From the sequence record SRR33789315_29: a stretch of 64,000 nucleotides of DNA. The stretch is one strand, 5' to 3'. Below, piece by piece: positions 47,131 to 54,700 of the stretch. A program made the position numbers and the translations under genes. The number at the start of each line of letters is the position of its first letter. Within the stretch, counting starts at the first letter, position 1. The notes below the pieces were generated by a model that was not told where the DNA came from, did no database searches, and saw only the letters and a program-made list of their open reading frames with translations.

Positions 47131-50100
47131 TTAACGGAAGGGATTAAGAGCACTCAATTCTTCGAAGTTAGCACTTAAGCCCATATAGTAATAACGGCCT
47201 TTTGAGCCAACTGGGGTGTTCAAATAAGTCGGATCAGGCTCTCTATCGGCTAAATTATTGATGCCCGCGAACACCTCGATACCATTGTCGAAATTATACG
47301 CTGCTTGAACATCATGCAGGAATAAGTCGTCAGTGTGAAGGTAGTTAGAGATGTCTGGTTGACGCGCAATCTCCTCAGGCTTGTAGATCGACAGCTCGCT
47401 CTGGTGGTGCAAGCGGTAGTTAACCGAGAGCGGCCCACGCATCCAATTAGCTGTGAAGTTAGCGACTATTTCAGGCGCTTGGTTGCCGAGCAGAGTGTCC
47501 AACAGGCCAGCCTCTTCCACCTGCTTCGGTGCAACAGTTGGCTGAGTCTTTAGCTCTTTGAGATAGCTGCCATTCAAACCTAAGGTCAAATTACCGAGGT
47601 CCATCCCCAAATCCATGTTATAGCTCACGCTGAAATCGATACCCGAGGTAGTCAACGCACTCACGTTCACAGGACGCTGCTCGAGATCGACAATGATCCC
47701 GATCAAGCCTGTAGTCGCGCGAGTAAACAGAGAACAGAAGTCATTGTCTAGTGTTGGTGAGTCATAACACTGTGACACGATCTCATCGTCGCTTGGATAA
47801 AGAATACCTTGTGTCAACTCGATGTCCCAATAGTCTAAAGCGACTACTAAGCCCGGTAAGAAGGTTGGTGTTAGCACTACACCCAGCGTTTGAGTTTCAG
47901 CGGTCTCTTCTTGCAGAGATGGGTTACCCCCCACTACACCAGGACGACCAACAGGAGACGCAGAAACGAAGGTTGCAGGATCGAGACCCAAGGCGGACAA
48001 GACAGTCGCGCAGTTGGCGATTGTATTCGCCGACTGACTACCTAAGTTCGCCTGTTCACAGACGTCCTCAGGTCTAAACGAGCCTTCGTTATCTGGAGAG
48101 AACAGTTCGGCAAGGTTCGGTGCACGAACAGATTCACCGAAAGAGCCGCGGAAAATAATACTGTCATTCAAAGTCCAGTTGAGGCCAACACTATAAGCCG
48201 TCGTCTCGCCGATAGTGGAGTAGTCAGAGAATCGGTATGCACCGTCTACACGCAAAGCCTGCATGAACGGGCCAAGATCACTGAAGATTGGGACTGATAC
48301 TTCTGTGAAGTACTCTGTCACGTCATAGGCCGATTTACTGTCGCGCTCAAAGTTCAAAGACGTCAAACCGTTCGGGTTACTACGAATTGCGTCAACGTCG
48401 TTGGAGACTCGTTCTTCGCGGTATTCACCACCGAGTACGAAATCGATTGGACCTGCAGGCAACTCGAAACCAACACCCGATGTGTTGCCCGATACGAAGC
48501 CGTTGTAGACCGTCTGCACGACCCTGCCATTATCCACCAAGGGAACACCGTTACCGGCGATAAAATCCATAGCAGCGGCATTAGGGTTACTGGCACTTGT
48601 CTTGCCTGGAGTGAAGTAGCTAGCAGTGCCATCTACAAACGGGTTGAAGGGGACACAGCCACTGTTTGGACCAGGCTCGAAACTACCATTTACTCCATCG
48701 CCCCATACTGCAGCGTTATAGGAGGACACGATCTGGTCCGTTGGTGGCACTGCGGATGGATCTAAATTAGATCGACAAGTCGCCTGTCCCGTCGCAGGGT
48801 CGAGCACTGCATCCATTGCTGCGAAGTAACGGTCTTCGCGACGCATGTTGAAGAGTCGAGTTTCTACATCTGTTACACCGTGATTATAGGAAGCCTCATA
48901 ATTGAGCCAATCCGTCATGTCACCGCGAACGCCTAGTACGATTCGAGTTGTTTCACGCGTATTGTCATTAATGGAGCGCAGCTCGAGGTCGTCACGCGCT
49001 AGGTTAATAGTAGGGTCTTGAATGTTTGCAAGTGCATCATTGAAGGCCGCTGGGATAAAGGGGTTGTCAAGGCCCAATTGTAGTACTGAGGTGAACGATG
49101 ACGAGCGTGGGTTGGTCGCATCTGTTGTCACGTATTTTAGTTCGCTGAACAGAGTCGCTTTGTCGCTCAAATCATAACGACCATTCAAGTTAACCGAACT
49201 AGTCTCTGATTCTGGCAATAGTTGGCTCGTAAAAAACTGCGTTGGAGTGCCGTCGCCGCCAATCATGGTGGCGCCGGATACCTGCTGGCCTAGTGAGAAT
49301 GGCTGACCGGCGGCATTCAAAATTAGGTCGCCAAAGCCAAGCGTTTCACCTGTCGTTTTATTGACGCCTTCAATATCGTAACGGCCGTCAGGTGCCGTGT
49401 AGGTGTAAGTACGATTACCCATAATGATCTTGTCGGGCACGTTAGGATCGTCTGTTTTACGATACTCTGCAGGGTTGTTGACGATGTAAAGTCTGTTAGC
49501 CAATCCATAATCACGCTCGAAAATCTGCAAGCTGTTTTGCTTGCGATACTCGTAGCTCGCAGTCACGTTACCAGCGCCTTCGGCAAAATTAGCACCCCAC
49601 ACAACTGATGCGTAGTATTCTTCTGCGTCGCTCTGGCTGGACATACCGGTTTGTGTGCGAACCGCTAAGCCTTCGAAATCGTCTTTCAAAACAAAGTTAA
49701 CTGCGCCGGATACCGCGTCAGCACCGTAAACGGCTGAGGCTCCACCCGTTAGAACGTCAACGCGCTCTATTAATGCAGTTGGGATAGTGTTGGTATCTAC
49801 TAATGGCTCACCAGTAGCAACGGAGCTTACATGACGTCGGCCATTGACCAGCACCAATGACCGGTTAGTACCAAGGTTGCGCATATTGAGTGCGTTGATA
49901 CCCGTTCGCGTGCCAGAGTTTCCGTTTGCCGTTTCGTATGAACCATCTGAACCTACCAGAGAGGCGACTTCACTCACGAAGTCCTCAATATTGACCTTGC
50001 CTGAACTCTCAAGCTGACCTGAATCTAGGGAGAGAACTGGCGCGGTGAAATCGCCTTCAAAACGAGTGATACGCGACCCTGTTACCACGACTTCTTCGAG

Positions 50101-50214
50101 TTGCTGTTCCTGTGCTTGAGCAATAGTCCCAAGCGGTAGCATCGCTGCTGAGATTGCTGCTGAAAGTAGACTAACTTTGTATCGATCTGATTTGCCGTGA
50201 CAATGTGTGCGCAT
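47131..50214 (-). CDS. TonB-dependent receptor
   Basis: Signal peptide, TonB box EEVVVTGSRI, plug RNLGTNRSLVLVNGRR, GASAVYGADAVSGAVNF, GRYYYMGL; ATG 50214 after GAGGG. Confidence 0.93.
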   Translation of the reverse strand: MRTHCHGKSDRYKVSLLSAAISAAMLPLGTIAQAQEQQLEEVVVTGSRITRFEGDFTAPVLSLDSGQLESSGKVNIEDFVSEVASLVGSDGSYETANGNSGTRTGINALNMRNLGTNRSLVLVNGRRHVSSVATGEPLVDTNTIPTALIERVDVLTGGASAVYGADAVSGAVNFVLKDDFEGLAVRTQTGMSSQSDAEEYYASVVWGANFAEGAGNVTASYEYRKQNSLQIFERDYGLANRLYIVNNPAEYRKTDDPNVPDKIIMGNRTYTYTAPDGRYDIEGVNKTTGETLGFGDLILNAAGQPFSLGQQVSGATMIGGDGTPTQFFTSQLLPESETSSVNLNGRYDLSDKATLFSELKYVTTDATNPRSSSFTSVLQLGLDNPFIPAAFNDALANIQDPTINLARDDLELRSINDNTRETTRIVLGVRGDMTDWLNYEASYNHGVTDVETRLFNMRREDRYFAAMDAVLDPATGQATCRSNLDPSAVPPTDQIVSSYNAAVWGDGVNGSFEPGPNSGCVPFNPFVDGTASYFTPGKTSASNPNAAAMDFIAGNGVPLVDNGRVVQTVYNGFVSGNTSGVGFELPAGPIDFVLGGEYREERVSNDVDAIRSNPNGLTSLNFERDSKSAYDVTEYFTEVSVPIFSDLGPFMQALRVDGAYRFSDYSTIGETTAYSVGLNWTLNDSIIFRGSFGESVRAPNLAELFSPDNEGSFRPEDVCEQANLGSQSANTIANCATVLSALGLDPATFVSASPVGRPGVVGGNPSLQEETAETQTLGVVLTPTFLPGLVVALDYWDIELTQGILYPSDDEIVSQCYDSPTLDNDFCSLFTRATTGLIGIIVDLEQRPVNVSALTTSGIDFSVSYNMDLGMDLGNLTLGLNGSYLKELKTQPTVAPKQVEEAGLLDTLLGNQAPEIVANFTANWMRGPLSVNYRLHHQSELSIYKPEEIARQPDISNYLHTDDLFLHDVQAAYNFDNGIEVFAGINNLADREPDPTYLNTPVGSKGRYYYMGLSANFEELSALNPFR

Positions 50215-50353
50215 TGTGTTCCCTCGCGAAGGTTGTAAATGTAACTTTGGAGTACTGGAATTATTGCGGCGACTATTTTTTATAGTTTGAATAGCCATTG
50301 TCGCCATTAGCTGCGTAATGCCTGATGCAGCTCCCACTACGCACGTAGGGTTG

Positions 50354-50370
50354 AGCACGATTCGTGCCAA
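50354..50370 (-). promoter_or_regulatory. Sigma-54 (-24/-12) promoter TTGGCACGAATCGTGCT
   Basis: Matches YTGGCACG-N4-TTGCW with one mismatch; 140 bp upstream of the TonB receptor ATG. Confidence 0.75.
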
Positions 50371-50412
50371 ATGACACGCAAACCGTAGAAACGTGCCGAA
50401 TCAACAATCAAG

Positions 50413-50649
50413 GGCACTAGATTAGTGCACCCGAGGTCGAATAGTTAACTTACTGTTCTTTATTAATTTAAAAATGAGGTACTATGAGAAGCGCTCTATT
50501 TAGGTGCAAGAACGAGATAAATAAATTGTCACATGCATAGGTTTTCACTCGATTTTTTTAATAGAGTTTTGAAAATTTTTTCTAGGGACTTTAATAGTAA
50601 TTTTTAGCTCAACGCACGTGATTAGTGCGACTCGCCCATTATATGTGCA
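50413..50649. promoter_or_regulatory. Four NtrC-like 17-bp enhancer boxes
   Basis: 50413 GGCACTAGATTAGTGCA, 50492 CGCTCTATTTAGGTGCA, 50613 CGCACGTGATTAGTGCG, 50633 CGCCCATTATATGTGCA versus consensus TGCACCAwwwTGGTGCA. Confidence 0.6.
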
Positions 50650-50711
50650 ACTTCTATGACAGGGCTTAAGAGCCAACATATTCAGTACAAAGGGATTCAA
50701 AGAGACCCAAA

Positions 50712-51017
50712 ATGAAGCTTATCTATACACACGAGAACATGATGCTTCTGCATTCGGCCAAGAATATTCTAGAGCAGAGCAACATCGAGACAACGTTGAA
50801 GAACGAACACTCGGCACCGAATGGCGCAAACCTTGGGATAGGGAATATCTTCCATGAGCTTTGGGTCGTTCATGATGAAGACTATGTGCAGGCGCGTGAG
50901 CTAATTGAGCGGGAGATTGTAAACCCGACTCCCAAAGAGACCTGGATTTGCTCTAAGTGCAAAGAGGAGAATGCGGGTAGTTTCGATTTTTGTTGGTCGT
51001 GCCAAGCCGCCAGATAA
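50712..51017 (+). CDS. DUF2007 domain protein with C-terminal RanBP2-type zinc finger
   Basis: KNILE..NI....NE, ELWV, WICSKC.EEN..SFDFCWSC. Confidence 0.88.
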   Translation: MKLIYTHENMMLLHSAKNILEQSNIETTLKNEHSAPNGANLGIGNIFHELWVVHDEDYVQARELIEREIVNPTPKETWICSKCKEENAGSFDFCWSCQAAR

Positions 51018-51106
51018 ATGGGGTCAGTGTACATTAAATCAATATATTTAATGTACACTGACCCCATTTATCCTGACCCCATTTATCTACTCCGACCCCA
51101 TTTATC
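51013..51106. repeat. REP-like element: perfect 27-bp inverted repeat plus two extra direct copies of its terminal 15-mer
   Basis: GATAAATGGGGTCAGTGTACATTAAAT (51013-51039) and its reverse complement (51046-51072); C(T/C)GACCCCATTTATC again at 51073 and 51092. Confidence 0.9.
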
Positions 51107-52038
51107 CCATGTAGCTCCATCAGCTCATCAATATTCTCAACACTGCTCTCCAAGCGAATAATATGCCAGAGCTCTTCCGCCTCGGGGTGTGCGAAGCGCA
51201 GATAGTTCACCCATTGCTTGATGCGACCGACACGATCGCGAGGGGACATTGTGCTGCTAATCTCCTGCCAAAAATGGGTAAGCAATGGACGGATGTATCC
51301 CCATTGCGATTCCACTGTTTGATTCGCTTTAATCTGATTAGCCAAGAAAGGCCTTCTTACCGCCCCTCTCCCCAACATGACATCAACAGTGCCGGCGACC
51401 GCGATACAGCGCTTATAGTCTTCGACTGAGCAGATGTCACCGTTGGCAATCAGGGGAATCTTGATGTGTTGCTTGATCCTTCCTAACTCCTCCCAATGCG
51501 CTGGAGGCGCATAGCCCTGCATCTTGGTACGGGCATGTACGGTGAGCTCCCCTGCACCTGCCGACTCAATGGCCGCCGCGTTGTCCAACATGAGAGAGGT
51601 ATTTTCGAAACCAAGCCGCATTTTTGCAGAGACCACGGCTGACTTGGGGACTGCCGCGCGAATAGCACTGACCACCTTATAGAGGCTCTCAGGCTCCTTT
51701 AGCATAACCGCACCCCCCGCGCGGCGATTGACTGTCTTGCTAGGGCACCCGAAGTTGATGTCGACCCCATAGGAGCCGAGCTCCACTACTCTAGCGGCGT
51801 TCTCAGCCATCGCTTGAGGGTCACTGCCTAGCAGTTGGACACGCAAGGGAGTACCTGAGGCGGTTCTCCCACCATTGGCTAACTCGGGGCAATTACTGTA
51901 GAGCACTCGATCGGGATAAAGCCTATCAACTACGCGAACGAACTCGGAAACCGCCCAATCATAGCCTCCCTGCGCCGTAATCAAGCGACGAAGGTGGACG
52001 TCGGCGAGGCCTTCCATAGGAGCTAATACGATGCGCAT
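51034..52038 (-). CDS. dusC: tRNA-dihydrouridine synthase, DusC type
   Basis: LAPMEG, SEFVRV, VQLLG, DINFGCPSKTV, SAKMRLG, VHART..GY.PPA.W, ANGDI, GRG, GRIKQW. Confidence 0.9.
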   Translation of the reverse strand: MRIVLAPMEGLADVHLRRLITAQGGYDWAVSEFVRVVDRLYPDRVLYSNCPELANGGRTASGTPLRVQLLGSDPQAMAENAARVVELGSYGVDINFGCPSKTVNRRAGGAVMLKEPESLYKVVSAIRAAVPKSAVVSAKMRLGFENTSLMLDNAAAIESAGAGELTVHARTKMQGYAPPAHWEELGRIKQHIKIPLIANGDICSVEDYKRCIAVAGTVDVMLGRGAVRRPFLANQIKANQTVESQWGYIRPLLTHFWQEISSTMSPRDRVGRIKQWVNYLRFAHPEAEELWHIIRLESSVENIDELMELHGINGVGVDKWGQDKWGQCTLNILI

Positions 52039-52127
52039 GGTGTTTCAACGATGAAGTGACGGAGAAGAAGTATACAGCGAAACAAAATAAGTCTGCCTAC
52101 AACGTATTGAAAAACCTGCTGCGTCAA

Positions 52128-52925
52128 TTATACCTCGCTCACAACGACAAGATTTCGCCCTCTCGCCTTAGCTTGATAGAGTGCGTCGTCAGCTTCCTTT
52201 ATAAGCCCGGACAAACTTGCAATAGACTCTTCCTTTATTTCGCTGAGACCGGCGCTTACAGTATAGGTAATAGCGCCATCGAAATATTCTGTCTCAGTCT
52301 CTTGTGTTGTTAGTCTTATTCGCTCAAGTACCCGCTTTGCGTCGCTCACCGAAGAATTAGGAAGTACGATTGCAAACTCTTCACCACCAAGGCGACCCGC
52401 TATGTCGCTAGCGCGAATTTCAGCTTTTAATATCCCGGCAAACGCCATTAAGGCTTCATCACCACCACCATGCCCGTGAAGATCATTGATCCTCTTGAAA
52501 TTGTCTAGGTCTAGTAATGCAAGAGAAAAAGCTTGGCCGCTCTCTACACAGTGCTTCAATTGCGTTTCACTTTGGTTCAAAAAAGCGCGTCGCGTCAAGA
52601 GACCAGTAAGATCATCGTAAGTGACTTGGCGACGGTGCGCCTCTTCGAGTGCTTGAACTTTGATCATCAGGCCGATAATAGTCCAGGAGGTGATTGGCGC
52701 AATAATTAGGGGCGCTACCGTCGCAATCACAAAGATGATAAGGAGCTTTTCACTCCCCGTGATTACCAAAATGGAATAAGTAATTAGTAGCGAGGCGAAG
52801 ATGCAAATTAAAGTAATGGCCGAAACTACTTTCCATCGACGCTGTTGACGAGCCTTATAATCTACGTCAAAGAAGCTTTGTTGTTTAGGGTTAGTCAACT
52901 TGTGCGAATACTCTTTCGAAACCAA
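52128..52925 (-). CDS. Membrane-anchored GGDEF diguanylate cyclase
   Basis: Two TM helices, DDLTGL, DLDNFK.IND, RASD I-site, RLGGEEF. Confidence 0.92.
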   Translation of the reverse strand: MVSKEYSHKLTNPKQQSFFDVDYKARQQRRWKVVSAITLICIFASLLITYSILVITGSEKLLIIFVIATVAPLIIAPITSWTIIGLMIKVQALEEAHRRQVTYDDLTGLLTRRAFLNQSETQLKHCVESGQAFSLALLDLDNFKRINDLHGHGGGDEALMAFAGILKAEIRASDIAGRLGGEEFAIVLPNSSVSDAKRVLERIRLTTQETETEYFDGAITYTVSAGLSEIKEESIASLSGLIKEADDALYQAKARGRNLVVVSEV

Positions 52926-53100
52926 GGCACAACACTACTCAAAAAAACGTGGAATTTCCATTGCTACGCAAGAAGAGTATTGAACCTGGAAAGGGAAGTT
53001 ACAACGCAGTTGTTAGAATTGCAGGGCACTGTTTCGGTTACTAGAGAGTCGAACACTAGATACCTGCGGCAGATAGCGCTCGACTCCCCAAGCTAACCTG

Positions 53101-53226
53101 TCAGTCATAAAGCTTTTTGTAGGTTTGCGCGAAATAAGCCATCTCTTCGGGTATGGCGATACTCACGCGAGCCCAAGTGGTGAAGGGCTCGAAATTACGT
53201 CCAACCATTATATTGTTCTCTCGCAT
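53101..53226 (-). pseudogene. C-terminal remnant of a HisC-like class I/II PLP aminotransferase
   Basis: Translates MRENNIMVGRNFEPFTTWARVSIAIPEEMAYFAQTYKKLYD*; in-frame TAA a few codons upstream. Confidence 0.6.
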
Positions 53227-53483
53227 TGCGCCAATATGTTAACGCTGCCAGTCATCATTTTATTATAGGGAAAGACCGAAAACACTGCGCAGCCTCTCCT
53301 CTAAACTGGAACGTTCTTCGATTTATTCAACTAGTTACCTCTGAGCGCGGTTAGGAGTAAAAATCTTTTTCTCGAGTTGCAAACAGATAGTGTTATGACG
53401 AAGGATTTTTCCTCCATGTGCACGGAAGAAGAACCTACTATAGCCACCAGAAACTGAGTTTAGAGGGCCAATCTTGTTTTAAC

Positions 53484-53538
53484 TCTAAATTGTAGAAGAA
53501 ATATCTTGACTCTCACTCCAATTCCTCTACTATCTAGA
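53484..53538 (+). promoter_or_regulatory. Sigma-70 promoter (TTGACT-N16-TACTAT) with two TCTA-N5-TAGA palindromes (putative PadR operators)
   Basis: -35 at 53506-53511, -10 at 53528-53533; TCTAAATTGTAGA at 53484, TCTACTATCTAGA at 53526. Confidence 0.6.
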
Positions 53539-53564
53539 ACAAATCAGTCTAGGAAGTGAACGTT

Positions 53565-53915
53565 ATGGCAACAAAACGCTCTGATAACAGCAGTCCGCTG
53601 GGCGAATTCGAGCATATTGTGCTGCTAACCCTAGTGCGCTTAGGCGACGAGGCTTACGGAATGTCCGTTAGAGTCACTATTGAATCGCTCATTCACCGCG
53701 ACATCTCGATTGGCGCTATCTACACAACGCTGGAACGCCTTGAGCAAAAGGGATTTGTGGAATCTAGGCTAGGCGAAGCGACCGCGAAGAGAGGGGGTCG
53801 TGCCAAAAAGTTCTTCTCTGTGACCGGGCGTGGGCGTAAGGCCTTGAAAGAAGTTCGGGCGACGCTTGAAGTGCTATGGCAAGACATACAAATCTTTCAG
53901 CCGGTTCACTCTTAG
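53565..53915 (+). CDS. PadR family transcriptional regulator
   Basis: LGEFEHIVLL, AYG, SIGAIYTTLERLE.KG, RGGRAKKFF. Confidence 0.92.
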   Translation: MATKRSDNSSPLGEFEHIVLLTLVRLGDEAYGMSVRVTIESLIHRDISIGAIYTTLERLEQKGFVESRLGEATAKRGGRAKKFFSVTGRGRKALKEVRATLEVLWQDIQIFQPVHS

Positions 53916-53931
53916 AAAAGGCCACTAGGCG

Positions 53932-54633
53932 ATGGAACACTACAAGAAGAAAGGATCGACACCACGAGTTCAACTAGGCAGGCGCCCTCCTAGACTGGCC
54001 ACTAGCATTCTGTCTTTTGTACTTCCAGCGTGCTTAAGAGAGCCAGTGCTTGGCGATTTAGAGGAAGAGTTCACAGAGCACATGCTGAGCAGTAACAGCA
54101 ACACGGGAAATTTGCGTTGGTATTGGTGGCAGGCGCTAAAAAGCACTTGTCATTTTTTCTGGCAACAAAGAGGAACGACTATGGCTTATCTAATCAGCGT
54201 TTTCATACTTTTATTGAGTTTTGGCTTGGCAGTATTTACCTCTGGTTATGCATTGTGGTACCTGATGCCGCCGGTCATCTTGCTCACAGTACCAGCGAGT
54301 CTGGCGCTTGGGATTGGCGCGACATCGGTGCAAGCAGCAAAGAATGCTATTGGACTCAGTTTTAGTGAATCTACCGAACACTCTCAACCTGCTATTCAGT
54401 TAGCCATTAGATTTCTTCGAGTGACTGGCAACCAATTCTTATTAGTGGCGAGCATCGCGGTGGTGTTGAGTGTATTCCAAGTATTGATGATGGTGGCCGA
54501 GAGGCCAGAGATTCTAGAGGAGGCCTCAAGATTCAACCGCTATGCGATGGCACTTCTGCCCTTGTTTTACGGCGTAATCTTCAAGAGCTTATTCTACTCA
54601 GCAGAGCAGAAATTGATCGGTCGCTATATCTAG
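53932..54633 (+). CDS. Membrane protein with PadR-associated permease-prefix domain
   Basis: PPRLA...E.VLGDLEEEF...WYWWQ followed by four TM helices. Confidence 0.8.
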   Translation: MEHYKKKGSTPRVQLGRRPPRLATSILSFVLPACLREPVLGDLEEEFTEHMLSSNSNTGNLRWYWWQALKSTCHFFWQQRGTTMAYLISVFILLLSFGLAVFTSGYALWYLMPPVILLTVPASLALGIGATSVQAAKNAIGLSFSESTEHSQPAIQLAIRFLRVTGNQFLLVASIAVVLSVFQVLMMVAERPEILEEASRFNRYAMALLPLFYGVIFKSLFYSAEQKLIGRYI

Positions 54634-54642
54634 ATAATAAAT

Positions 54643-54682
54643 AAGGGACAGAGAAGTATTTAAACCAAACTCCTCTGCCCTT
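54643..54682. repeat. Imperfect inverted repeat AAGGGACAGAG...CTCTGCCCTT between convergent genes (REP-like or terminator)
   Basis: Arms at 54643-54653 and 54673-54682, followed by a T run. Confidence 0.45.
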
Positions 54683-54700
54683 TTTCGTCTAAGACCTCAA

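Noticed and set aside
50215-50370. 52-codon N-terminal extension of the TonB receptor in the ORF track
   Set aside because: Its TTG lies inside the sigma-54 promoter. The ATG at 50214 has an RBS and leads into the signal peptide region.
51013-51106. CRISPR array
   Set aside because: The repeats are 15-mers with 0-4 nt gaps and no spacers, and there are no cas genes.
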